From assembly GCA_951406725.2 (NCBI GenBank), contig OX597814.1, positions 48,236,001 to 48,300,000 of the forward strand: DNA of 64,000 nt, read 5' to 3'. The translations under genes were made by a program, and so were the position numbers. Under the pieces are notes generated by a model. The model ran no database searches. It saw only the letters and a list, made by a program, of their open reading frames with translations, and was not told where the DNA came from. This DNA is from Octopus vulgaris (taxonomy: Eukaryota). Shown here one piece after another: positions 39,227 to 50,582 of the stretch (positions are counted from its first letter, which is position 1; every line of letters begins with the position of its first letter).

Positions 39227-40474
39227 AAGCATAACATTAACATTTATGTAAAAAATATCGAAGGTCTAAATCGTGGATCGACAACCTTCCTATATCATTG
39301 ACTCCCTTCATGAAATCGTTGTTAATTCATTAACCCACCATTCATCATGTAAATTTCTAAAATAAAATTTAGAAGGGATCTTTTCGGTTTGAACGGCAGT
39401 CTTTTAAAATAATTTCCACGTAACTAAGCACTTTTAAACTTCGTATACTAGTAGAATGTGTTTATAAAACATCTTTTTCTCTTGGCTTTATTGAGAAAAT
39501 TCTATGGTTTGTAAGATATTTGTTGTTTTTTTTCTTCAATTTCTGCAATTTCAACCAATCAATGACGTCTGTTCAGGTAAAAAAACATTTTGTGCCGTAT
39601 GAATATGTCCCTCGTTTAAGAAGCAGATTGGGTTTATTTACATTTGTGAAGACCAAAAGATACCCTTCCCCCCACCCCTAACCCTAACCCTAAAACAGAT
39701 TGAAATGCAATAGATCGATACTAGGGTCATAATTATGGGTGACAATTTCATATGACACCGCTAGAAAAAACTGCCGTTCAAAACCGAAAAGATCCAAAAT
39801 TAAGCATAATATTAACATTTATGTAAAAAAATCGAAGGTCTAAATCGTGGATCGATAACCTTCCTATATCATTGACTCCCTTCATGAAATCGTTGTTAAT
39901 TGATTAACCCACCCTTCATCATGTAAATTTCTAAAATAAAATTTTCGGTTTGAACGGCAGTCTTTTAAAATAATTTCCACGTAACTAAACACTTTTAAAC
40001 TTCGTATACTAGTAGAATGTGTTTATAAAACATCTTTTTCTCTTGGCTTTATTGAGAAAATTCTATAGTTTGTAAGATATTTGTTGTTTTTTTTCTTCAA
40101 TTTCTGCAATTTCAACCAATCAATGACGTCTATTCAGGTAAAAAAAACATTCTGTGCCGTATGAATATGTCCCTCGTTTAAGAAGCAGATTGGGTTTATT
40201 TACATTTGTGAAAACCAAAAGATACCCTTCCCCTCACCCCTAACCCTAACCCTAAAACAGATTGAAATGCAATAGATCGATACTAGGGTCATAATTATGG
40301 GTGACAATTTCATATGACACCGCTAGAAAAAACTGCCGTTCAAAACCGAAAAGATCCAAAATTAAGCATAATATTAACATTTATGTAAAAAAATCGAAGG
40401 TCTAAATTGTGGATCGATAAACTTCCTATATCATTGACTCCCTTCATGTAAATTTCTAAAATAAAATTTAGAAG
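39227..40474. repeat. Tandem A-M-A-M-A array (~560-575-bp period)
   Basis: Segment A (aagcataa.attaacatttatgtaaaaaa..tcgaaggtctaaat) starts at 39227, 39802 and ~40364. MITE copies lie between these segments. Confidence 0.9.
39376..39795. mobile_element. MITE with ~25-bp TIRs and internal (CCCTAA)n; second copy at ~39942-40357
   Basis: ggatcttttcggtttgaacggcagt ... actgccgttcaaaaccgaaaagatcc, with ccctaaccctaaccctaa inside. Confidence 0.85.
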
Positions 40475-40974
40475 TATTATTAATAAAAGAATTCTTGATT
40501 TAAAAACAATTCCTTCATTTTTTTTTATGTGTCCTTACTGCTTTTAAAAAAATAAGAAATAAAGGAATTTAATTAAAACACTTAACCAAAATTAATAAAG
40601 AGCAATAAAAATTATTCGGTCGTATTGATATAGTTGAAATATTTAAAGTGAAATGTGCGTTTAGCGAATACAAGTTATTGCACCAATATTTGGTTGGAAA
40701 TTAGAGTTTTAGCCTTAAATTAACGTGCTCTTCCAGATTCAGTTCAGTACCCTTAATACTCAAAATAGTTTCAGGTGTTTATCGAGCCCTTGAATAAATA
40801 GCAACATAAACCTTTATGGGGTGATATTTACCATTAACTGGTCTAAATAATTGCAAGCTGTATATTAAGAAGAAACTGATCAAAACTGATTTAAAAAACA
40901 ACCCTCATCCCTCGCCGCAAAAAAAAAAGGATCAAAATATATAGTGTAAATAGTTTTGGTGTTTTGTTTTTGAA

Positions 40975-41288
40975 TTTGGTTTGCAAGATTCTTTATATGA
41001 GTTCGTGTGTTGAAGCATATTCTGTTATGTCGGGAGAGAGTCATTTTCTTTTTGTGCCTTATAATGTAACACACTCACCGGTAAAATTTCCACTTATTTC
41101 TTGTTTTTATTTTCCTAAAATTTTCGTTGCGTCTTGTAAATAACGGACAGAATCAAGACTATTGAAAAGGTTGCAAGACGCAACGAAAATTTTAGGAAAA
41201 TAAAAACAAGAAATAAGTGGAAATTTTACCGGTGAGTGTGTTACATCATAAGGCACAAAAAGAAAATGACTCTCCCCAGACACAACAG
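40975..41288. mobile_element. ~115-bp-arm inverted repeat, probably the collapsed terminus of a PLE
   Basis: Arms 41022-41136 and 41174-41288 with a 37-nt spacer. The outer extension (reverse complement of 40975-41025) matches 44911-44960 at the end of the young PLE. Confidence 0.75.
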
Positions 41289-41967
41289 TTTTAGTGTTAT
41301 TATAGAGAAAAAAATTCATGACAAAAATGTGATTGTCTCACATATTATCACATTATTTAATTCCATATTTAGCAATTACATGAAATATATGAGGAATGTT
41401 AGGTTGCTATCCTTTTATTAAAGATATCCTTATCATGTTACAAAGAAGGGAGTCAGTTGAAAGGAAAGAATACATAAATAATAGGCAAGGGTTACATTTC
41501 TCCACTTTACATTTCTCCTATTACATGTACTTGATATTCGAGAACACACACACACACAAATTCATAGTATAAGATATGGATTCAGAGAAATGTGCAGCTA
41601 TCACAGAAAGCTCCTCTTACGGACTCGGCTAGCAGACCACATAGTAATCCAATACAGAGGAGTGTAATGCAGAGTATCCATGCAGCTGAAATCCAAATCG
41701 ATGAAATTATTTCATGAGGAGTATATAAACCATAAAAAATCAAGAGTTATGAGAGATGAATATATTAATTTAACCAATTGGCATCCGTAGGGTTACGGCC
41801 GTTTCAATGTAGTAATAATATCAGTGTGGAATAAATTATGGTTACATGCTTGCATGTAAACAAAATTTGTCGACTAGTAGGTGTAACTGTGATGCTCTGG
41901 TGATCTGATGAACTAGAGTTCTTTCTCTGCATTGATTTGTGAGTGTGTGTTTGTGTGTATGCGTGTA

Positions 41968-42010
<43 letters not shown>

Positions 42011-42109
42011 AATAGAGAGAAATATATATATATACAGAGGGAGAGAGAGACAAAGAAAGAGAGAGAGAGAGAGAGGGAAGGAGAGAGAGTATCGGATGTT
42101 ATAATCGCA

Positions 42110-42362
42110 GGGCACAATGCACTTTGCATCGTTTTAGCTTTCTAATGATACCACCCCGCTGGGTAGGCGGGCAGGCCAACAATCTCCCTGACTAGAAGGC
42201 TTACTCTGTCGCAGTGTTACCCATTTAGAGCTGAGTGCACTAGGACAGCGTGAAATGAAGTGTTTTGCTCAAGAACACAACACTCTGCTCGGTCCGGGAA
42301 TAAGACCCACGATTCAGCGATCGTTAGCGCAATACCCTAAATCACTAGGCCACGCATCTTCA
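42110..42362 (-). mobile_element. tRNA-derived SINE related to 5375-5527
   Basis: Reverse complement reads gcgtggcctagtgatttaggg...gtgttgtgttcttgagcaaaacacttcatttcacg. Confidence 0.7.
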
Positions 42363-42437
42363 ACCTCTGAGTGTGTGTGTGCATGTGTGTGTATTCTTCA
42401 ATGCTTACAAATAATACGGAAATATATATATATATAT

Positions 42438-44960
42438 ATATTGTTATATTTCGGAATGGTCATATTGCCAGTTTAGCCAATAAAAACACACGCACTATAT
42501 ATTTGGTGTTATTTTGCTTCAGTGATATTTATTTTTTACATTAATCTTAATCTTATTTCGGCCAAAGTTCTTTCGTCACACTCCTGTGACCGCATCAGTG
42601 GTCCTTTGTTTTCTTCTCACTTACTTGTGTCTCTCCTTACTAACCGTCAGCCATTTTGTATTTCTATTGTATGTCTTCATTTGCGCATGCTTATATCTCT
42701 ATGTGCGTCTATGTTTATTTAGTGTGTGTGTGGGGGGGATGCCTGTAATATTTGTATCTTCTGGTTATATACATTCTTGTAATTTGTATTTTGTTTTTGT
42801 TGTTGTTGCTTTTGTTCTAATTTTGTTCATGTGTTTACATCCACCCATTATTATCATTACATATGCTTGTATGTATGTATAACAACAATATTAGTAATAA
42901 TAATAATAAATCTAATCGAGAAAAAAAAAAAAGAATATACATATACATATATATATATATACATACATATACATATACATATATATATATATACATATAT
43001 ACACACATATATACACATATACATATACATATATATACACATATATAAGAATGCCTACTGCAGAAATCCATACTCGTAAACATGTACTCTCGCTATGTTG
43101 ATGATATCAATATAGTAGTAAAGGCACCCCCACAAGAGAGTACTGTTGATATAGTAATAGAAACTAATATTATGGAGAGCATCCAGCAAATAGCTAACTC
43201 CATCCACCAGAGTATTAAGGTCACAATAGACTACCCCACTAAACACCCCAACCATAGACTACCAGTACTAGACACTGAACTCTGGCTAGAAATTGTGAAA
43301 AATAAAACCCAAATCCTTCATTCATACTATGCAAAACCTATGGCCTCAAAATACCTGATCCACCGGAACTCAGCCATTGCGGGCAATGCCAAATTCAATA
43401 TTTTGATGGCAGACCTCGTCAGAATAATGAGAAATGTGTCACGCATGTGCGAGCCTACAGAATTAAAGAGACACATACAGTATTTCATTCACCGCATGCA
43501 GTTCTCAGGTTACAGCCATAAAGAAAGGATCAGAGTATACAAAGGAGCCATGAAGAAATTTGATAATATATTATGTAATGATAGGAATGGGATTTGCCCA
43601 CTCTATAGGAACAAGTCATGGAACACTATAGAAAGGACAAAAAAGAAAATAAGGAAGGCCAACTCTTGGTATGATAGCCATAAATACCAGAGTGTCATGT
43701 TCGTTGACACCACCCCTGGAGGTGAACTAGCGTACCGCTTTAGAAGGACCCTAGATAAACTTAAACTAAGAATTAAGGTTGTTGAAAAGCCAGGCAACCC
43801 TATCAGATCTATAATTGGTAGAACCTATCCTTTTAGTAGAACTCTCTGTACGGATAACTATTGCACTGTATGTAGATTTAGCCCACAAACGAACTGTAAA
43901 GCCAGAAATGTGGTCTATAGTATAAGATGTATAGAGGGACGATGCAGTAACAAGACAGTAACATACGTAGGGGAAACTGCAAGAAGCATTGGTGAGCGGG
44001 TGAATGAACATTGGAGACAACTCAAGGAAGGTAAAAGCTCATCGATTCTGTACCAACACGCCGAACAAGAACACGGGGGATCAATCAATAACATAGAGAT
44101 TAAGATATTGTCCACACATAGAACAGATGCAACAATTAGACAAATTACAGAAGCTACACATATAATAGAAAATAAACCTAGCCTGAATAGAAAACTAGAA
44201 TGGAGCAATAGCGCACACCACAACATATGACAATAGTGGATCCTGCAAACATAATAAATACACAGGTAATTAAAGAAATAGAAATGAATATCTATATATA
44301 TGTATATGTGTATATATATGTATATGTATATGTGTATATATGTGTGTATATATGTATATATATATATATATGTATATGTATATGTATATGTATGTATATA
44401 TATATATATGTATATGTATATTCTTTTTTTTTTTTTTCTCGATTAGATTTATTATTATTATTACTAATATTGTTGTTATACATACATACAAGCATATGTA
44501 ATGATAATAATGGGTGGATGTAAACACATGAACAAAATTAGAACAAAAGCAACAACAACAAAAACAAAATACAAATTACAAGAATGTATATAACCAGAAG
44601 ATACAAATATTACAGGCATCCCCCACACACACACTAAATAAACATAGACGCACATAGAGATATAAGCATGCGCAAATGAAGACATACAATAGAAATACAA
44701 AATGGCTGACGGTTAGTAAGGAGAGACACAAGTAAGTGAGAAGAAAACAAAGGACCACTGATGCGGTCACAGGAGTGTGACGAAAGAACTTTGGCCGAAA
44801 TAAGATTAAGATTAATGTAAAAAATAAATATCACTGAAGCAAAATAACACCAAATATATAGTGCGTGTGTTTTTATTGGCTAAACTGGCAATATGACCAT
44901 TCCGAAATATAACAATATCTGTTTCAACACACGACTTCACATAAAAAATCTTGCACAACA
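42438..44960 (+). mobile_element. Young 5'-truncated Penelope-like retroelement with an inverted upstream copy of its 3' end
   Basis: Arms 42438-~43047 and ~44292-44918 are reverse complements, with visible differences only in homopolymer and microsatellite length. They enclose an RT/GIY-YIG ORF. Confidence 0.92.
43049..44230 (+). CDS. PLE reverse transcriptase C-terminal half plus GIY-YIG endonuclease (Neptune/Nematis-like), uninterrupted but 5'-truncated
   Basis: YSRYVDD, LPVLD, YAKP, SGY, a Cys-rich linker CTDNYCTVC, then [25 protein letters not shown]...H...H...E...LN. The frame is open from the inversion junction at 43049 (first Met 43082). Confidence 0.9.
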   Translation, partial: ECLLQKSILVNMYSRYVDDINIVVKAPPQESTVDIVIETNIMESIQQIANSIHQSIKVTIDYPTKHPNHRLPVLDTELWLEIVKNKTQILHSYYAKPMASKYLIHRNSAIAGNAKFNILMADLVRIMRNVSRMCEPTELKRHIQYFIHRMQFSGYSHKERIRVYKGAMKKFDNILCNDRNGICPLYRNKSWNTIERTKKKIRKANSWYDSHKYQSVMFVDTTPGGELAYRFRRTLDKLKLRIKVVEKPGNPIRSIIGRTYPFSRTLCTDNYCTVCRFSPQTNCKARNVVYSIRCIEGRCSNKTVTYVGETARSIGERVNEHWRQLKEGKSSSILYQHAEQEHGGSINNIEIKILSTHRTDATIRQITEATHIIENKPSLNRKLEWSNSAHHNI

Positions 44961-44971
44961 AATATTTAAAC

Positions 44972-45019
<48 letters not shown>

Positions 45020-45026
45020 GTGTGTA

Positions 45027-45120
<94 letters not shown>

Positions 45121-45123
<3 letters not shown>

Positions 45124-45900
45124 TTTTCAATGCTTACAAATAATACGGAAAAAATAAATAAATAGTTACCAGGGTAGCAAAAATTCACATAAGTACCAAG
45201 GATGCAACAGCCTACTTATAAAGGTAGAAATTCCAGGTTTTGGTGAAATGTTTTTGTATAACATAGATAAATAAATAGCTGGAAATAAACGCAAGTGTTA
45301 TTCAAATCTTTATACTTCCGACATATGTTTCGAAGAAAACATTGGTATTATTCCAGAAGGAATAAAATGATGTTGAACAATGCAAAAAAAAAAGAAACAA
45401 AAAGAGAAACAAAACGCATCAATAAGACATTCTAACCGAATGTGATAACTGCATATATTATGAAGGAAACGCTGGTACGTTATTTAAACCGTTAATAAAT
45501 ATAACGTCAAAGGCAATTTATAGAAAGAAGAGGAGGAGGAAGAAAGAAATGAGCAGAAAACTAAAAGAGGAGAAATATAGTGCGATAGGTGAATGGAATA
45601 AAGATTAAAGGCGTGGAAATAGATATATTTAGTGGAAGTGAAATGTAAGAAAAGAGTTAAAGGTCGAATTTTATAGACTGGTAGAAATCACTTATAGGAA
45701 CTCAAGGTATGTTTTTGTCAATGTTTTCGACAATAAACGCGTTCTTTAAGCGTGTTTACAAGAGGATTCTCTGAGAACAGGATGAAATACAGTCCATCGT
45801 TACAGAGTGAACAAAACGATTTCCCTTTATCATACGGAAAAGATCTAGATAGAATATTCCATTTCAAATCAAATTCACCTACTGCACTATATTTTTCCAC
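45121..45900 (-). mobile_element. 3' end of a decayed PLE of the YRDD/Hydra-like type
   Basis: LKWNILSRSFPYDKGKSFCSLCND...LVNTLKERVYCRKH matches the endonuclease C-terminus. A downstream GAAA-CATATG-TC hammerhead half-site lies at ~45320-45331 (-). Confidence 0.65.
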
Positions 45901-47049
45901 TTTTAGTTTTCTTCTAATTTCCTTCTTAAAAGGTGTGTATGTATCAATTATAAACATTAAAATGGAAGATTACGTAGAATCAGTTTAATAGCCATTCTTG
46001 TACTTAATTAATTATTAGGTGGTTTCTAAAAAGACTGCTCCAGGCACTTACATATGGAATATCTGGAAAGGTATACATACTATCTATTAATTTTAATCCA
46101 CGAATCAAAAGCGGAACATTGAGATAATGGAAATGCATATTTAATGGTAATGATTATTTAAACAAAAATTATAAAATCTAAAGTGTAAAAACCATAAATA
46201 CTCGAAAGATATGTACTGATATAAGTATGTGTAAAGTGTAAAATAATGCATACAGATACATATACAAAGAGGATTTAAAAAAATATATATACATGCACAC
46301 ACATATGTATATATGCGCATATATGCATATATACATATACACAAATATTTATACGCTTATATGAATATAATATAAGTATCTTGCATAGACCTAAGTGACA
46401 GAAAAATATCAATTCAAGAAGAAAAATACTAATTTATAAGGGTTAATAAGTAAGGATATCAAAATAAGAAAACAAAAAAAGAATTTATAGAAAATAATAA
46501 GAAATATATATAACCTACATATAAAGAGACAGGGGAATAAAATTAGAAGCAGGGAAAAGATAAAGGTAACCTGAAAAGAGGGAGTAATAGGTATGGAAGT
46601 AGTGAGAGCAGTTACAGGTATTCAAACCGAAGAGGTTTTATATTACAGTTGTTATTGTATGTGTGATTTTATAGTTTCTAGTGGGTATATAATTTAGTCA
46701 AAGGGAGACTTACTTTCATAAAGTCACTACACATATACACAATATGACTAGTAAGGTTGAACATCATAGAAAGGAAAATAGGGTAATCACCAAAATGAAG
46801 TCAGGGTTATCATGGGATAACATTATATATAGTACACCATATAACACAACACATAGCATATAGCATATGTAACGTTGGTGTAATGTAATGGTGGATTATA
46901 TGTTATATAATCCACCATATAACATAATATCGCATAATTTTTATATTTTATACTGGAGGGTAAGTCTGTAACAGATACGACACCAAAATATATTCCCACC
47001 ACCAAAGTTGAAGTATGATACCTATAATTGTTAGTTTCGAAAATTCTTA

Positions 47050-47560
47050 AATGTGCGGGTGATGCTATGCATGCATGATACCTTAGGTCTAATCTATTAT
47101 TAATCAGGTTGTTCTTTTCTCTATACTTAAAAATCTCATAAATTTCCATAGAGCAAAGCTCACACCCATATCGACTATCTCTATAAGGCTGCGCTCTCTG
47201 TATTATATCCCATTTAAGGCTTAATCCGGTCCCGCTATCTTTAAGTTCTCATATCTTACTAGATAAATACGTACTATTAGCTAAGTCTGAATCTAAATGA
47301 TGAAAAATAGTTATTAATACGCTTTTCATATTTATCGAACATCCTATATATATATAAAGTTACCAGCTTTAGTCACAGTTGTACATTTATAAACTACGTT
47401 TTGGATTAAACATCGACTTAATAACGGTCAATGGAATTTAACTCTACAATTGCAACCAGGAGCATTACTACTATTAATATTATTGATATTCTTATCGTTG
47501 TTATTATTGTCATTATTATTATTATTATTGTTGTTATTACAACTATTATAATTATTATAG

Positions 47561-47625
<65 letters not shown>

Positions 47626-47752
47626 GTTATTATTTATACTTCCGTCAACTATAGTATTATTTAAATACATCTCAGCATCATCATGTATTGCTGTGATTTG
47701 TTGTGATGCTCTGATGGTTATTGTATGGAAAGTGTTCGGAAAGTGAAAGTGA

Positions 47753-47825
<73 letters not shown>

Positions 47826-49950
47826 GTTGTTGTTGTTGTTATTATTTATACTTACGTCAACTATAGTATTATTTAAATACATCTCAGCATCATCAGGTAT
47901 TGCGCCAGTAATATCTGTGATAGTATAAACATCGGAGTTCAAGTCTGTATTATACATATTAAATATGTTAATACTGTTGTTCTTGATTCCTACATCTCCA
48001 TTAATAGTATCACCATTGTAGGGGTTTCAACCAGTATTGACAATACTAATATTATTATTAATTCCTCTTGCTAATTTTACATTTTTTCTATTTAACTTGG
48101 CTATGATGGTACCTATATTGGGGAGGGTAGTATATGAGATTCTGGTTGTCTTACAGGAAAATATCCTATTATATATAGATGTAGGGAAGTTTTTGTCTAA
48201 AATTGCCACAAATTTCTTATATATGCTGGTGGATATAGCACAGTTGAAGGGAACGTTATATCACACTATATTACTATTATCAGACCTCTTACGTATATGA
48301 CGGCGGAATCTGTCTACGCTTCTACTGCCTTCTAAACTCACGACTTGATTATTAGGTATGGCTATACTATCACTATGTTTCTTTTTATTAGAGGGTGGTA
48401 TAATCCGCTCAGTCGTCTCTCTGCAATTAGTAGTATAACTGGTTATAGACTTTAATTTCCTACTGCTATATATCTTATTATTTGAAGTGATTGGTTTGTT
48501 GGATGCTTTTACAGTAGGTCTGTTTTCCCGACCGAGTAGCTCTCTAGTCTTCCTCTCTCTTAAATACTCATTATTTATATTATTAGTAGGTATTATACTT
48601 TCTGGATTAAGAAAAGTAATTCCCTGGTTATATCCTGCCTTAGACAAAGCGAAGTTATAGTGGTGGGAATGAGTATTAAACGTCTTTATTAGCGGATAAT
48701 TTCGTAATTCTTTTAGAAATACTTTTGACTACTGATTTTAATATACTAGCAGGGTGATTTGAGGATTTGTTCATACACGTAGTAACTTCACCCGGTTTCC
48801 TATATGGGTAGTATAAGTCTGAGTTAATGTCTAACGTAGTGTCTAAGAAATTTGCCACCTTTTTACCATATTCAAACGTGATTTCTAAGTTGAAGCTTTT
48901 AAAAAATTTTCCAATTTTTTCTCCCATTCTTTCCATGACCGATTTATTGCTGCTAGGGATAATGAATAACGCATCATCTCTATATAAACTTCCCTGCAAT
49001 TCCGGGATTTCTCTATTAATGCTCTTTAAGAGATACGCACCAACTAGATTAGTAATTTCAGCCGAGTTACTCGAGCATTTAGCTATATCAAAATTATCAG
49101 GGGTGTCGGACCTCGTCCATAGCTTACCCTCAGATTCTATGATAGTTTTCCTGGTTAAAAGAATTATGTCAATTTTATCCCTAGTTATGAGAGGGAGAGG
49201 CTTTTTCGCGAAAATTAGGGATTTGTTAAGAAGAATAGAAGATATACTAAGAATAATAACTGTTAATATCAAATTGAATAAACGAGTAATTACGTATATT
49301 TTCAATAGATTTGAACCAATATATCATTTCATCAGTATCATCCCATAATTTAAGAGATAGATTAGAAATTATTAGGGATAGTATAGTATCCAGAATAGAT
49401 TTACTAAGTCGACCAATATAGGATTTAGTCAGGTAAATCAGACTAAGAGCAGGATTGTTTTGGGAGTTCTTTTTATGATCCTTGAGCTTAATCTTTGGTT
49501 CATTTGATTCAAGGGTTCAGTTCTATCCGCTAAGTCGTAATCCATCATAATTTTTTAAATTTCTAAGTTGATGTCCGATAGATTCTTTTTCGTGGTTATT
49601 TTATATTTAGCATTGAACTCCTTCATTATTAGTCTTCTATAGGGATTATAGTTTAGTCTGTATGAGTTTCTAGTTTTATCCGCCGGCACAAGTATTCCTG
49701 CTTTGTTCTGTAGTGATTTAATAAAGTCTCTAAGTTTCTTCAGATGTAAGTTTCCTCTAAGTGGGTGTTCTTTGAATTTTATATTAGATATTTGTTCGAA
49801 TATACAACATAACAATATTGTTTACAAACGTTCCCCCATCGGGCCCCTGATAAATTTTCTCTGTATTAGCATCTTAAATTTCTTAGTGTCTTGCCCCTTT
49901 AACTGGTAATTAACATCATGATTTAAAGTTTACCGCTACCCTGCTTCTTT
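47050..49950 (-). pseudogene. Decayed Penelope-like element ORF (Hydra-like clade): RT plus GIY-YIG
   Basis: Motifs in order: VPADKTRN, SLYRDDALF, NFLDTTLD, YPYRKP, SSNHP, KAGY, (W)YNVPF, ISYTTLPN, CNCRVKFH*PL..RCL, NVVYKC, YIG (frameshifted by a TA expansion), LKWDII and CELC..E. Confidence 0.85.
47495..47895. repeat. (ATT)n expansions plus a duplicated ~55-bp unit inside the PLE linker (poly-Asn on the coding strand)
   Basis: ttatttatactt.cgtcaactatagtattatttaaatacatctcagcatcatca occurs at ~47630 and ~47843, each copy next to a long (ATT)n run. Confidence 0.9.
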
Positions 49951-50294
49951 TTTATAGATATTTACTTCTGTCAAACTGACTCTTCCTAATGATGTATTTC
50001 CTTTCTCTTAGGGAAAAGATATATCTATGACCATACCTAGCCAGACTCAGTCTTCGAGTCTCAGATTTAATAGATGATAGAGAGATAAATAAATTAGAAA
50101 TTACAACCCTTACAATCCTATGACCCCACTATACTCCATGCGATTCTAAGAAATTGTAGTCTATTCTTAGCCACTTAGCCACTCTGATACGATAGCGACA
50201 ACATGGATCTCTTCTTCCATCTTCTCACTCTGTTAAAATATTTAAGAAAAATTATATTAATGTGTCTTACCTGTTAAAAAAAATTCTATATTTT

Positions 50295-50381
50295 GTGCAG
50301 CTGAAAATAGCACTGCATTTAAATTGATGTAATGATTGCATTGTTCAATTAAATGAGCCGCTTGAAACGGTCGTACTGCAT
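50295..50381 (+). ncRNA. Type I hammerhead-like motif with long stem II and a G8A core change
   Basis: gtgcag-CUGAAAA-[agc..catttaaattga...tcaattaaatg..gct]-GAAA-cggtcg-UA-ctgcat. Stem I is 6 bp, stem III is near-palindromic and the triplet is GUA. Confidence 0.6.
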
Positions 50382-50493
50382 TACTACTTGATATCCTGTT
50401 GCTTATTTTGATTTTATTCACCTTAATTCGAGTTGTGCGGATAATACCGGACTGACTTGGTGCTTCAAATTAAGTAGCTAATTCAACTGAACC

Positions 50494-50582
<89 letters not shown>

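Noticed and set aside
39675-39695. (CCCTAA)3 as a telomere or interstitial telomere
   Set aside because: Only three units, and internal to a repeated MITE.
37690-40474. CRISPR-like repeat-spacer array
   Set aside because: Eukaryotic context; the units are minisatellite or MITE duplications without unique spacers, and there are no cas genes.
41790-41830. Minus-strand GAAA-CGGCCG-TA hammerhead half-site
   Set aside because: No intact core 1 or matching stem I strand; kept only as a possible relic.
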